The notes beneath the pieces are model-generated. The model had not been told where the DNA came from. It was given only the letters and a program-made list of their open reading frames with translations, and made no database searches. This document shows positions 1 through 10,763 of a DNA stretch of 64,000 nucleotides, one piece after another (the first letter of the stretch is position 1; the number at the start of each line of letters is the position of its first letter). The DNA is from an uncultured Thermoplasmata archaeon (GTDB lineage Archaea > Thermoplasmatota > Thermoplasmata > UBA10834), in assembly GCA_963719945.1 (NCBI GenBank), contig CAVRDX010000001.1, forward strand, positions 768,001 through 832,000. Direction: 5' to 3'. Position numbers and translations under genes: made by a program.

Positions 1-685
1 ATAATCTAATCCAGGTATCTACTGCAAACGTGCCGGTCGCAAATGTTCCAGCCTCAAGCATAATCACAGTGGCTATGATGCCCATGCCCTTCTGAGCGTC
101 ATTCGTTCCATGAGTCAATGAAAGATATGCCATGGAACCGATCTGCAACTTCCTGAACCACTTGTTCACAAACGAACGAGACGCCCTTTTCGCGAGTCTC
201 ATGACGATGACCGCGAGACCGAAGGCGATCGCAAATCCAGCCAGCGGAGATATCACAATGAACGCGATTGTTTTGAGTACGCTAGTCCATACGACTGCGT
301 CTATGAACCATACCGCGCCTCCGGCACCGACTAGACCACCAATGAGAGCGTGGCTGCTAGATGTCGGTATCCCGAACCACCACGTGATCAAGTCCCAGAC
401 TATCGCACCCATTATCGCGCAGAATACAAGAGGAACACCGTAGTCCACCAGGAGACCTGTGTCGATTATCCCTGTCCCCATGGTCTTTGCGACCTCCAGG
501 CCTAGGAAGATGCCAAGGAAATTGAAGACTGCAGCAAGGCCGACCGCATATACCGGGGACAGTACTTTTGTGGCCACGACAGTCGCTATAGAATTCGCTG
601 AATCATGGAACCCGTTGACAAATTCGAATCCCAGCGTGAGTGCGATTGTTATCAGGCCAAGGGTCGAGAGTCCCAGAAGGTCCAT
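1..685 (-). CDS. pit: Inorganic phosphate transporter, PiT family (3' end runs off window)
   Basis: Manual translation from ATG at 685 gives MDLLGLSTLGLITIALTLGFEFVNGFHDSANSIATVVATKVLSP, containing the PiT G.HD.AN signature; lies downstream of a DUF47 gene. Confidence 0.9.
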   Translation of the reverse strand, partial: MDLLGLSTLGLITIALTLGFEFVNGFHDSANSIATVVATKVLSPVYAVGLAAVFNFLGIFLGLEVAKTMGTGIIDTGLLVDYGVPLVFCAIMGAIVWDLITWWFGIPTSSSHALIGGLVGAGGAVWFIDAVVWTSVLKTIAFIVISPLAGFAIAFGLAVIVMRLAKRASRSFVNKWFRKLQIGSMAYLSLTHGTNDAQKGMGIIATVIMLEAGTFATGTFAVDTWIRL

Positions 686-695
686 GGATTCCCAC

Positions 696-1325
696 CTAGG
701 AATTCTTGATAAAGATGTCCTTTATGACATCTGCAACATCTTCACATTTGTCAGTGGCCATCTCGAGATGCTCGTAAATCTCCTTCAGCTTGATTATCTC
801 CAGGACATCCTTCGTCTTGAAAAGATTTGCGATAGCAGTGTGAGTGATATCGTCACCGACATTCTCCCAGCGGTTTATCTCGATACAGTGTTGGAGGATC
901 TCGTTCCTACGCTTGAAGTTCTTGAGATCCTTCACAGCATGAGTTGTCTCGCGAACCGAACTCACGACGACCTCGGCGAGCTTGACCATCTCTGGGGGTA
1001 TCGTCTTGATCTCATATGACCACATTCTGTGTGAAGCGGCCTCCATATAGTCCAAGATATCGTCGAGTCTGGATGCTAGCTTCGACATATCATCATGGTC
1101 TATAGGAGTGACGAAGGTCTTGTTGAGCGCCTCGGCGATCGTATGCACAAGGTCGTCTCCTTTGTGCTCAATATCCTTCATCCGATCTCGTTTCGCAGCG
1201 ACGTTTGTGTAATCCTTGACCATGTCAAGGAGAGCTTCTGCCCCTTCAAGGACTACGTTCGCCTGTTGGTCCAGTAGGGAAAAGAAGTGCTTCTCTTGAG
1301 GAATAATCCATTCCTTAAATCCCAT
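696..1325 (-). CDS. DUF47 / PhoU-like phosphate transport regulator
   Basis: EHKGDDLVH...FVTPIDHDD...LDDILD and ENVGD...YEHLEMATDKCEDVAD motifs; canonical pairing with pit; start set at MGFKEW. Confidence 0.9.
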   Translation of the reverse strand: MGFKEWIIPQEKHFFSLLDQQANVVLEGAEALLDMVKDYTNVAAKRDRMKDIEHKGDDLVHTIAEALNKTFVTPIDHDDMSKLASRLDDILDYMEAASHRMWSYEIKTIPPEMVKLAEVVVSSVRETTHAVKDLKNFKRRNEILQHCIEINRWENVGDDITHTAIANLFKTKDVLEIIKLKEIYEHLEMATDKCEDVADVIKDIFIKNS

Positions 1326-1470
1326 CGAGTGCGCCCCCCGATATATGTCAATATGAATCTCCATATTAAGGCTTGTGGGACTATGCAGATAGCGCCATTC
1401 AGAACTAGATTATTGCGCATTTCGTTCATAGAGGAATGTCTTTTATCCTCAACTCGAATATCGTGGGACA

Positions 1471-2850
1471 ATGATACTCCAATCCAAGGACAGTGAAGCC
1501 CCGAGATTGTTCGGAACCAATGGCGTCCGTGGTGTGGTGAACACTTCTGAGATGGATAGCACATTCGCCCTGAGACTAGGACAGGCGATCGGGACGTACA
1601 TGAAGGGTCCGGTCATGATCGGCACCGACGCCAGAGCATCTGGCCAGATGATAAAATCAGCATGCGCAGCAGGCCTCATGGCGACAGGATGCGACGTGCT
1701 CGACTGTGGGGTAGTCCCAACTCCCACGATTCAATTTGCAGTGAAGAATAATAAAGTGGCCGGAGGAATCATGATCACGGCCTCACACAACCCTCCAGAG
1801 TTCAATGGCATAAAATGCATAGACCCAGATGGGACTGAGATGGCCAGGCAGAACGAGGAGAAGATCGAACGGATCTTTCATGAAAAGAGCTTCGCGAGGG
1901 CAGATTGGAACAGTCTGGGTGTGACCAAGCCATATACGACAACGATTGACGAGTATGTGGATGCCATAATCGGACTCGTAGACGCAGAGGCCATCCGGAA
2001 GGCAGGACTGAGGGTAGCAGTGGACTGTAGCAATGGAGCTGCGTCCCATGTGACCCCCAAGATGCTGGAGAGATTGGGGGTCAAGTATGTCACTCTGAAT
2101 GCAGATCCGAACGGAGCATTCCCGGGTCATAACAGCGAACCGACACCAGAGAACACGAAGGACATCGTCGGGCTCGTCAAAGCGGGAGGATTCGATTTCG
2201 GGTTCGTTCACGATGGAGATGCTGACAGAACCATATTCATCGACGATACTGGAAGATACCTTTATGGGGACAGGAGCCTGGCGCTCTGCGCATATCATGC
2301 ATGCAGGAAGAACAAGGGAGGATTGATCGTCACATCCGTGGGATCTTCCATGTGCGTCGAAGACGCCACGAAGATGGCTGGTGGCGATATCCTTTACACG
2401 ATGGTCGGCTCCCCGATAGTGGCCAGGGAGATGATCAAGCACAATTCGGTCTTCGGTGGAGAGGAGAATGGTGGACTGATATTCCCAGAACTCCAGTACT
2501 GCAGGGACGGCGCCATGAGCGGCGCAAAGATACTGGAGATAGTTGCCCATCACGGCAGACTCTCAGAGCAGATGGACAAGATACCATCGTATTCGCAGTA
2601 CAAAGTCAAGACGAAGTGTCCCAACGACCGCAAGCAGGAGATCATGTCCAAGCTGGCAGCCTCCGCGAAAGGAGATAGATTAGACACCACGGATGGTGTC
2701 AAGATATTCTCGAAAAAGAGCTGGGTACTAGTAAGACCTTCAGGAACGGAGCCGATATTCAGGGTGTTCTCTGAAGCACCTACGATGGAAGAAGCGAAGA
2801 AGCTCGCAGAGGATTATAAGACGGAAGTTGAGAGACTCCTGAAAGAATGA
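1471..2850 (+). CDS. glmM: Phosphoglucosamine mutase / phosphomannomutase family phosphohexomutase
   Basis: LFGTNGVRG, TASHNP active-site Ser, DGDADR metal loop, GGEENGG, RPSGTEP. Confidence 0.88.
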   Translation: MILQSKDSEAPRLFGTNGVRGVVNTSEMDSTFALRLGQAIGTYMKGPVMIGTDARASGQMIKSACAAGLMATGCDVLDCGVVPTPTIQFAVKNNKVAGGIMITASHNPPEFNGIKCIDPDGTEMARQNEEKIERIFHEKSFARADWNSLGVTKPYTTTIDEYVDAIIGLVDAEAIRKAGLRVAVDCSNGAASHVTPKMLERLGVKYVTLNADPNGAFPGHNSEPTPENTKDIVGLVKAGGFDFGFVHDGDADRTIFIDDTGRYLYGDRSLALCAYHACRKNKGGLIVTSVGSSMCVEDATKMAGGDILYTMVGSPIVAREMIKHNSVFGGEENGGLIFPELQYCRDGAMSGAKILEIVAHHGRLSEQMDKIPSYSQYKVKTKCPNDRKQEIMSKLAASAKGDRLDTTDGVKIFSKKSWVLVRPSGTEPIFRVFSEAPTMEEAKKLAEDYKTEVERLLKE

Positions 2851-2853
2851 GGC

Positions 2854-3723
2854 TCACTTCTTGTGCGTGGCCATCCATTTGACGGCGACGACTTCTCGGA
2901 TCAGTCTGGCCGCCAATATCGAGGTGTTTCCGTTGTCGTACGGGGGACAGACCTCCACGACATCGAAACCTATCAGGCGGTCTCCGAGCTTGTTGATGAC
3001 GTACTTGACATCCCATGGAGTAATCCCGAAAGGTTCAGGTGTTCCGGTGCCAGGAGCGAACGATGGGTCGATGCCATCTATATCGACCGATAGATACACG
3101 GGTTGATGCTTCAATTTGGCCAGCATCTCATCGAATACCTTGGCAACGCCCTCTCTGTGGATCCTGAATGCGTCCGCGTACAGTGCCTTCTCCTTCTCTT
3201 CGCTCTCAGATATGGATCGGACGCCGAATGCGAACACATTTCCCTCGCCCACGATGTCCTCAATTCGCTTATGCGCGCAGGCGTGGCTGTTCTTCAATCC
3301 CTGATATTCATTCCTATAATCGAGGTGGGCATCGATAGTGATCACGGACATCTCATCACGGTCATGCGCCCTCACTATAGGTGGGGACACTGAATGCTCT
3401 CCACCGACAGATATCAGGAACTTTCCGGAGGAGATCATCTTCCTGGCCTCTTCCTCGATAGATACGACCATATCATCGACGGTGCCCTCTTCATACAGAT
3501 CCCCGGCATCGTGGAACTTGACATTGTCGAATGAGAAGTCGTGCTCAAACATCGTCATCTCAAAATTGGATGAGGCCTCACGGATGGTAGTGGGGGCGAA
3601 ACGCGCGCCGCTCCTGAATGTGGTAGTGCGGTCAAAAGGAATCCCTAGGACAACGAATTCCGATTCATCATATCCGTCACCCGCATCCGCGAACCTAAGC
3701 ATCCCGCGGGTAGGCATCATCAC
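2854..3723 (-). CDS. speB: Agmatinase
   Basis: Ureohydrolase motifs [32 protein letters not shown]; overlaps the aIF5A stop, a common archaeal pairing. Confidence 0.92.
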   Translation of the reverse strand: MMMPTRGMLRFADAGDGYDESEFVVLGIPFDRTTTFRSGARFAPTTIREASSNFEMTMFEHDFSFDNVKFHDAGDLYEEGTVDDMVVSIEEEARKMISSGKFLISVGGEHSVSPPIVRAHDRDEMSVITIDAHLDYRNEYQGLKNSHACAHKRIEDIVGEGNVFAFGVRSISESEEKEKALYADAFRIHREGVAKVFDEMLAKLKHQPVYLSVDIDGIDPSFAPGTGTPEPFGITPWDVKYVINKLGDRLIGFDVVEVCPPYDNGNTSILAARLIREVVAVKWMATHKK

Positions 3724-4109
3724 ACCTTGGTGATCTTCTTTCGTCCCATAGCGATAAGGTAAAGGATCTCCTCGCCAGGCTGCAGAGAATCCTTCAGTTC
3801 GTCTGGAATGGGGAGCGTGAACATCTCATAGGTCTCGAGGTCCATCAACTGCACCTCTGCACCACCCAAAACCGAGACTATCTGAGCTTGTCTCTTGTCG
3901 ATCAATGGCACCTGAACCTTGTGCTTGACAGGGTAGACGACTGAGCGCTTGTTACCGTCGAAGATCCCTATGGCCTCGATACGGGCCTTGGCCTCGCCGT
4001 GTTTCCCTGGCTTGGAAGTCGAGATGCTGACAATCTTACAGGGTTCGTCCTCGATGTTGAGATACCGTCCCTCTTTGAGGGTTCTGACTTCTGCTTGCTC
4101 CCATGCCAT
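3720..4109 (-). CDS. eif5a: Translation factor aIF-5A
   Basis: Hypusination motif [10 protein letters not shown]. Confidence 0.97.
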   Translation of the reverse strand: MAWEQAEVRTLKEGRYLNIEDEPCKIVSISTSKPGKHGEAKARIEAIGIFDGNKRSVVYPVKHKVQVPLIDKRQAQIVSVLGGAEVQLMDLETYEMFTLPIPDELKDSLQPGEEILYLIAMGRKKITKV

Positions 4110-4160
4110 GGATACCACTTCATCTGACCGTAAACCTCGGGTATTTAAAATACTTACGCG

Positions 4161-5207
4161 TCAGCGCCGACCCCGTCGAGTTTTGGCCGGCTTCTTTTTA
4201 GGGGGCGCTGCGTGCTGTTTCCGTATCTCGGCGATCCGCTTATCCAGCTGCTCCTTGAGTATCGGCGAGATATCACTTTTTGAATATGCATCGGCTCTGG
4301 CAGCCAGGCAGGTCTTGGCTGCAATGGCCCTAGCAATGGCTCCACGTTGCCACAAGGGAGCGTTATGGACGAGGGGATGCTGGAAGAGGACACCGTGCTT
4401 TGGAGGTGGGCTTCCCTTCTTGAGATGTCTGAACATGGCTTTTTCAGCACCGAGCAGCTGGACAGTGCTCGATGGGAACGAAGCTAACCTCATAAGATTT
4501 CCCGATAGCATGATCAGCCTTGCCCCGATGACTGGACCCACCAAAGCAGATACGTTTGGAGCCACCTCTTGCATCCTAGCCTCGACATATCTCTCGATCT
4601 TCGCTCTAGCGGAATAAGACTCCACGAGCGCATTTGCGAGCACCTTCAGAGATTCCAGGTCCTGAGGCGCTATCTCTGAACCTATGGAATCCATTCCGAG
4701 TTTGAGCTCGCTCATGATATCATGTCGAGAACCGTGCTCAGCGATTGCCTTGGGGTACGCATCCCCACCCATCACTACCTCGAGTTCTGGGAAGTGGAGA
4801 CCATACCATTCTCGCAATCGCTCAGATAGAATGTTCGTTGTGAAGACCAGGTCATCGTACGCTCGCACCGCCTGTCCCAGATGCACATCTGGCCCGATGC
4901 TGCTCCTGACGGAGTCCTTGGCCAGTATTATTGTTGCCTCACGATAGATATCGATAGTGAATCCGTAGCTCTCCGGCTTTATGAAAGATGAATCGAGCTT
5001 GACGACCTTGCCGAAATCCGACAGTCTGCGGTCCGCGACCTGCTTCGCAGATGATGCTATCCCGATCTCTTCGTCGAGGAGATCCCCTTTCATTATCCTT
5101 CCGAGCCTGGAAGCAATCGCGGCAGCATCCTTGGGGAAAAGTGCGACCTTTCTCACCTTGCCATCGTCGCATATGAAGCTGCCGAACCACTTTGTGACTA
5201 GGATCAT
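4161..5207 (-). CDS. nop5: Nop5 (Nop56/58) C/D box sRNP protein
   Basis: ERLREWYGLHFPEL, APNVSALVGPVIGARL, STVQLLGAEKAMFRHL...PPKHG, Lys/Arg-rich tail; start set at MILVTKWFG rather than the ORF-finder start at 5381. Confidence 0.9.
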   Translation of the reverse strand: MILVTKWFGSFICDDGKVRKVALFPKDAAAIASRLGRIMKGDLLDEEIGIASSAKQVADRRLSDFGKVVKLDSSFIKPESYGFTIDIYREATIILAKDSVRSSIGPDVHLGQAVRAYDDLVFTTNILSERLREWYGLHFPELEVVMGGDAYPKAIAEHGSRHDIMSELKLGMDSIGSEIAPQDLESLKVLANALVESYSARAKIERYVEARMQEVAPNVSALVGPVIGARLIMLSGNLMRLASFPSSTVQLLGAEKAMFRHLKKGSPPPKHGVLFQHPLVHNAPLWQRGAIARAIAAKTCLAARADAYSKSDISPILKEQLDKRIAEIRKQHAAPPKKKPAKTRRGRR

Positions 5208-5374
5208 CTCTGCCCATATCCGGCACTCAGCTAAAAAGCCTATTGGGGAGCGGATAATCTGGCCATAGGCCACGCTGAGAAGAATATCTAGAAAATCATT
5301 ATCAACCCAGCAGGCATCCATATTTTGGGTGTTTCGAAATTGACTAGAGAGTTCGATCATATTGGAATGGATGC

Positions 5375-6096
5375 ATGGCATACCTGCGAAAGTGAGGTCA
5401 TAAGACCGGAAATCCTCGCGAAGCCTCTAGACGTTCGGACTGCAATAATGTCATTCACGGGGACCTGTTCGAACCCCTTCTGAGCGTCCTGGATATGGAC
5501 TACGCCACCATCGCTCCGACACCTTGACGGTGCAGTAGAAGGAAGGATTGGAAACGAGATCGCTGTTTACAGATCAGCAGTCGGGGCACCTGCTGCTGGA
5601 ATGCTATTCGAGGAATTGATCGCATCAGGAATAAGATCGAATCTATGATACTGGACTTGCGGGCTCGATCACACCAAGATGTAGGATCGGGGATCTGGTT
5701 GTTCCGACCTGGGGAATTAGAGAAGAAGGAACTTCGTATCATTATCTCCCACGCGAACAATCAGTAGACCGTCGCGACGAGGCTCGCTCGGAAGCTGCAG
5801 GCAGCTCTGGGAGGGATATCCATACCAGAAGGTAGGGGTCTGGACGACCGACGCCCCCTTCAGAGAATCATGAGAAGGTTCGGGATTACAGACAAGCCGG
5901 AGCACTCGCGGTGGATATGGAGTGCACAGCACTCATGGCGATATCAATGTTCAGGAAAGACGAATTTGCGTTTCGTTGCTCGTGATATCGGACGAGACGA
6001 TCAGAGACGAATGGCTCGAAGGATTCGATACGGACCATCTGAAGAAATCCATCACCGTGCATGCGACGTATTGAAGAGATTGCCGACAGGCAATAG
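5375..6096 (+). pseudogene. Multiply frameshifted uridine/purine nucleoside phosphorylase (PNP_UDP family); true pseudogene or assembly indels
   Basis: Colinear fragments in alternating frames: VGAPAAGMLFEELIASG (~5580), GLAGSI..RIGDLVVPTWGIREEGTSYHYLP (~5655-5750), VWTTDAPFRE (~5840), GALAVDMECTALM (~5900), LLVISDE (~5980); end points approximate. Confidence 0.8.
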
Positions 6097-6122
6097 AGCA
6101 AGTCGAGACGATGCATTGAATC

Positions 6123-7102
6123 TCAGAAAACACCTGGCGCAAGGATGCCTTTCTCAGTTATGAATCCTGTAACATACTTCGCGGGTGTTACATCAAAGGC
6201 AGGGTTCAACGCTCTCGCCCCCTTGGGGCGATCTCGACCCCATCAATGAGCAGAACCTCGTTCTGGGAACGCTCCTCGATGACGATGTCCCCCTCTCCCT
6301 TTAGGGCTCTATCGAAGGTGGAGATAGGGGCTGCGACATAGAACGGTATGCCGTTCTCCTTGGCGATTACCGCCTTCTCGTAGGTACCGATTTTGTTGGC
6401 AAAATCACCGTTGACAGCTATCCTGTCCGCACCAACGATGACCATGTCCACCTTTCCCTTCATCATGTAATATCCAGCAGCATTGTCTGCGATGATGGCA
6501 TGTTCGATCCCTTCATTCAAGAGTTCCCAGGAGGTGAGTTTTGCACCTTGCAGTCGAGGCCTAGTCTCATCCACATAGACGAAGAACTTCTTCCCTGCCC
6601 TGTGCGCTACCCTCATGGGTGCCAAAGCGGTGCCGAAATCAACGGTCGCGAGCGCACCCGCGTTACAGTGCGTGAGCAACCTCATCCCATCCTTGATCAG
6701 TGACGCTCCATGCTCACCTATTGTCCGGCACATGGCGATTATGCCTTCGGAATACAGCTCAGATTCCTTCACGAGGTCACCCTTGCTCTTTGAGAGCATC
6801 AAGTCGACTGCGTAGAACAGATCGAATGCAGTTGGACGCGTCGCCTTTATCGTCTTCGCTGCAACTTTCAGGTCCTCACCAGATTTCCAGGCAAGAGCCA
6901 TCCCGTATGCCGCAGCCGCACCGATCGCAGGCGCTCCTCTTACTGTCATGTTGGAGATCGCTTCGGCCATCTCGTGATAATCCTTGATCGTGATCACTTT
7001 GAGCTTCCTTGGGAGCATGCGCTGGTCGATCATCTTCACGACTTCGCCCTCCATCCAAAGAGCGCGCAGGTCCTCTCTTCCAGCCGGGGTGTTGATTCTC
7101 AT
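6123..7102 (-). CDS. mtnA: S-methyl-5-thioribose-1-phosphate isomerase, frameshifted near the 3' end
   Basis: [54 protein letters not shown]; the conserved tail [20 protein letters not shown] continues in another frame after the G-run at 6218-6222 and stops at 6123. Confidence 0.9.
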
Positions 7103-7160
7103 GCAAGGTCGACAACGGTATCTCCATTAGACCCATAAAATGATGACTAGACCTGGCGCC

Positions 7161-7175
7161 AAAAGAATATTAAAC
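7161..7175 (+). promoter_or_regulatory. Putative BRE/TATA promoter of tRNA-Val
   Basis: A-rich AAAAGAATATTAAAC about 35-50 nt upstream of the tRNA 5' end. Confidence 0.45.
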
Positions 7176-7210
7176 AGATGCAGCATACATCGGCCGGAAC
7201 AGGCCATTAA

Positions 7211-7283
7211 GGGCCCATGGTCTAGCGGTTATGACGGCGCTCTCACACAGCGCAGATCACCGGTTCAAATCCGGTTGGGCCCA
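7211..7283 (+). tRNA. tRNA-Val (CAC), intronless, CCA not encoded
   Basis: Acceptor stem GGGCCCA/TGGGCCC, anticodon arm GCGCT-CTCACAC-AGCGC, T arm ACCGG-TTCAAAT-CCGGT. Confidence 0.97.
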
Positions 7284-7326
7284 CATCCATCTTTATCAAT
7301 AGGGATTTTGAAATAAAAATGATTTG

Positions 7327-7349
7327 AATGGGTGGGGGATCCACCCATT
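7327..7349. terminator. Inverted repeat between convergent tRNA-Val and PEF-CTERM genes
   Basis: 9-bp perfect stem AATGGGTGG/CCACCCATT in AT-rich flanks. Confidence 0.5.
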
Positions 7350-7372
7350 ACCAGATTTATTCAATGCAGGGT

Positions 7373-8710
7373 TTATTCAGCGTCTCGGTCGTCCCTTCTA
7401 CGATGCATCATGACGAAGATGGACATCGTTGCCACAACAAGGACGACGATACCAAGTGATCCGAACTCAGGAATTGCTATCGTCCCTGACGCATACATCA
7501 AATCGTTCCTTGTTGCATCGAAGTAGCAGATATGGATTCCATCAACAGAATCGATTGCGATGGAAGTACCGTAGCTGCCGACGTCTCCATCGCTCGCAAC
7601 GATTTCCGCAGTCCAAGATCCACCATTGTTCGTGGTGCACTTCAGATCCTGGTTTGTGGCGGCGTAATACGATATGTACACATTGTCCATCGAGTCCAAT
7701 GCTATCGACGAGTATGATCCGACATCGCCGACCGTGTCCAAAGAGGTGATCACCCAGGAGCCATCAGCGTTCGTCACATATCTGAGGTCGCTGCTTGAAG
7801 TGTCTTTGTAGCTGATGTGAACCTTATCGCTGGAATCGATTGCGATGGACGTGAAAGCACCTGAATAGGTCATGGTATTCAGATCGATGGACACCCACGA
7901 CCCAGTCACGTTGGTTGCGTATCTCAAACAGACGGAAGTAAGCGCATAGTAACTGATGTGTATGTGATTGCCTGAATCGACTGCGATAGAGGAGTACTGA
8001 CCCGCGGCGTCTGCATCCACCGTAGTGCATGCCCAAGATCCGCCCGCATCAGTAGCATACTTCAGATCGGAGTCGGTGCCGCCGACATAATAGCTGATAT
8101 GGACCTTGTCATTCGAATCAATAGCTATCGAAGTCTGTTGACCAACCCATGGCAAGGTATCCACGGCTGTAATTGCCCAGGAACCGCCTTTGTTAGTCGC
8201 ATACCAGAGATCGTATGTGGACAAATCAGTGTAACTGATGTGCACATATCCATTCGAATCCAAGGCAATTGAGCTGTACAAGCCTGTGAATCCCGTCACA
8301 TCCACGGTTTCCGTTGACCAAGAACCTCCTTCGTTCGTCGCATAGATCAGGTCGTAGCTCGCCGTGTCAAGATAACTAACGTGAGCAAAGCCATTTGAAT
8401 CCAATGCCATCGAAGGGTATTGCAGCTGGCTGTCTGAATCTTTCACGACTGAGTAAGACCAGCTGCCTGCATCGAATGCGACGGCCTTTTGAGATGAATC
8501 GCTCGACGAATTGAAGGCCATGACAACTGCGATTGCAGACGATGCGATCAGAATCGATGCGATCACAGACACCTTGAGCCAGGAGCGTGCCTGTCGAGTT
8601 GGTCCCTTACGGACATTCCTCGTCTTTGCACCAGGATAAAGACTGAGATGCTCGTGCATTCGTGGGTTCGTATCATTGCCGCCAAAGTGTGTTCCCTTGT
8701 CTCTGACCAT
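7373..8710 (-). CDS. Surface protein with a seven-bladed beta-propeller and C-terminal PEF-CTERM sorting signal
   Basis: Seven repeats of about 46 aa (SIAlDS.d.vHISY......DL.YaTn..GSW); N-terminal hydrophobic segment; ends IPEF + TM helix + HRRRD. Confidence 0.82.
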   Translation of the reverse strand: MVRDKGTHFGGNDTNPRMHEHLSLYPGAKTRNVRKGPTRQARSWLKVSVIASILIASSAIAVVMAFNSSSDSSQKAVAFDAGSWSYSVVKDSDSQLQYPSMALDSNGFAHVSYLDTASYDLIYATNEGGSWSTETVDVTGFTGLYSSIALDSNGYVHISYTDLSTYDLWYATNKGGSWAITAVDTLPWVGQQTSIAIDSNDKVHISYYVGGTDSDLKYATDAGGSWACTTVDADAAGQYSSIAVDSGNHIHISYYALTSVCLRYATNVTGSWVSIDLNTMTYSGAFTSIAIDSSDKVHISYKDTSSSDLRYVTNADGSWVITSLDTVGDVGSYSSIALDSMDNVYISYYAATNQDLKCTTNNGGSWTAEIVASDGDVGSYGTSIAIDSVDGIHICYFDATRNDLMYASGTIAIPEFGSLGIVVLVVATMSIFVMMHRRRDDRDAE

Positions 8711-8957
8711 TTGTATACACCGGAACCTAACTGGCGTACCATGACACTCAGGTTATATTACCCCCATGAGGCACTTAGATTTGAGTAGTGCGAAACGCAA
8801 ATTCATCGCAGTCAATCGAGACTTCAGCATGCGTGCAAGTGGAGACATCGGTCTGCGTCATTGTGCATCATCCCGCCCCGACGCGCAGCTGAACGACTCG
8901 CACAATCGTTCTTGGAAAGAATTAAGCCAATAATTGCAATAGGTGTGATGAAAAAGC

Positions 8958-9440
8958 GTGGTTGTGGACATAGTGCAGAAGAAGAGCATTTGGAGCATTG
9001 CTGCGGTCATATCGGTCATCAGCCTACTGATCATGGTAGCATATGTCCTCACATTCTCGACCGTGACCGTCCAAGGGACCGTTGATCACAAGACGATTAC
9101 CGGGACCAAGGACAACATCGAGTATACTCTGGTCGTCTTCACAATAGCCAGCTTCGAAATCAGAGACCCTGGGCTGGAGCCGCTCTTCAGCAATCACGAT
9201 GCCAATTACACGGTAACTCAAGCGATGGAGCAGGAGATGCTCAATCTCGGATACTCGGAGATAAACTACTTCGCTGACATTCGAGTTATATCTGAGGACC
9301 CTGTGAACCATGTCGAGCCTGGTGAGCTCCTGGAATACTCGGTCAAGAGGACGGACTTCAACTCATTGAGAATCGGAGAGAAGATGAGTTTCGAAGTGGA
9401 AAAGATGACATCCGCCACGATCCGGGAAGTCCATGATTAG
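8958..9440 (+). CDS. Hypothetical membrane-anchored protein
   Basis: Single N-terminal TM helix followed by a beta-rich region (V.G.V..K ... dFnsL.iGe pattern, possibly OB-fold-like). Confidence 0.65.
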   Translation: MVVDIVQKKSIWSIAAVISVISLLIMVAYVLTFSTVTVQGTVDHKTITGTKDNIEYTLVVFTIASFEIRDPGLEPLFSNHDANYTVTQAMEQEMLNLGYSEINYFADIRVISEDPVNHVEPGELLEYSVKRTDFNSLRIGEKMSFEVEKMTSATIREVHD

Positions 9441-9465
9441 AAGACAATAGTTCAGACAAGTCCAT

Positions 9466-10518
9466 TCATGGTTTCTGGGCAACGCGGTGTTTTGTCAGAT
9501 TGACGAGAAATTGCTCTATCTTCGTAACGCGTCCATTCATACGGTTCAGATTGTCCCTTATGTCAGCGACAGCAAGGACAATCTCCTTCGCGACATCAGG
9601 TTTGTCCTTCAGACCCAGGAGCGCATCCTCGAGACGTTTCAGGCGCTCTTCCAGATCTGCGGGAGCGTCCTCGATTTTCAACGAGTTGATCTGGTTCTGG
9701 AGTTCCTCGAACCCCTTGTCGATCTTCCTATCTGAAGAAGACAGTACGACCGCGAGGCCTTTCCCGACCTTCTCGTCCATCACCGTGTGAAACTCAGTGA
9801 GGCCTTTGGTTATTGCCTGTTCGAGTTGCTCGACCTTCTGGTCCTGGACTTCGACACGTCTTATGATATCGGACATGTCCCCCAGGTCCCTGCAGATAGT
9901 CTCCAGTAGTTCCTTCTCCTTTAGGTCGATATTGACTTCGACGGGGGTTGTCGGATAGTTTCTGAGAGCATCGATCATGCCGACCATATCGATCTCAGGG
10001 CCCGCGTTCCGTATGGCATTCTTGATCGGCTGCAGCTTGGACAGCTGCATATCCGCAAGCTTGAGTATGCTCTTGTTTCCCTTCTCGACGCTGCTGAGTT
10101 CCTCCAGTATCTTCTCGAGCTGGACTACTGCTTTGGCGACATTGGAATCCTCAAGGGAGCGTATGTCACGGATCGCATCCTTCTTCCCCTTGGCAATCGC
10201 ATCTGCGACTGTCGGTCCCTCATGAGCATAGACCGTCACCAGGTGAGAAACGCCAGACATGACCTTGCTCTCGACATAGTGCCAGTCCTTCTCGTGCACG
10301 ATTATGCTCTGCTTGTCTGCCCGCTCGAATAGCATGACGAACGAATGATTAGGCATCATGCATGCCTCGATCTCATAAGGAGAATTGCGAGCGAGCGATG
10401 GCACGTGCTCGGGCTTCTCTCGTTCGACGGCGTTCATATATGCGCCGATGTAGGCACTTGAATAGTTCTCAAGAGCCTTCTTTGAGGGGAGGCGGGCTTT
10501 TCCTGCTAAATCTTCCAT
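9466..10518 (-). CDS. Hypothetical protein with long coiled-coil C-terminal region
   Basis: Long ORF with heptad-like E/K/L-rich segments; start uncertain (ORF extends to 10581). Confidence 0.75.
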   Translation of the reverse strand: MEDLAGKARLPSKKALENYSSAYIGAYMNAVEREKPEHVPSLARNSPYEIEACMMPNHSFVMLFERADKQSIIVHEKDWHYVESKVMSGVSHLVTVYAHEGPTVADAIAKGKKDAIRDIRSLEDSNVAKAVVQLEKILEELSSVEKGNKSILKLADMQLSKLQPIKNAIRNAGPEIDMVGMIDALRNYPTTPVEVNIDLKEKELLETICRDLGDMSDIIRRVEVQDQKVEQLEQAITKGLTEFHTVMDEKVGKGLAVVLSSSDRKIDKGFEELQNQINSLKIEDAPADLEERLKRLEDALLGLKDKPDVAKEIVLAVADIRDNLNRMNGRVTKIEQFLVNLTKHRVAQKP

Positions 10519-10763
10519 CTGCGTATCGCGTAAGGTAGGTAAGCCATAATGAGCTTTTTCATATCCCCGTGCCTGATTCACTCCGCTGCGAACAACGTGT
10601 GATAGGAACCTGGACCAGCGATTCGACTCACTGACGACGATGCATCATCTATCCACGATAGGAAAATCTTATGTATCGCGCTTCGCATCAGATGTCCTCA
10701 CCGGAAGGATTAGACGGAAGTCACGATTCTTCAACTGATTTGATTCCACTGGCTGGTGATCGC

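Noticed and set aside
10625-10643. 16/19 match between this intergenic stretch and the acs leader (GACTCACTGAyGAyG)
   Set aside because: A match of this quality is expected by chance in a window this size, and there is no third copy
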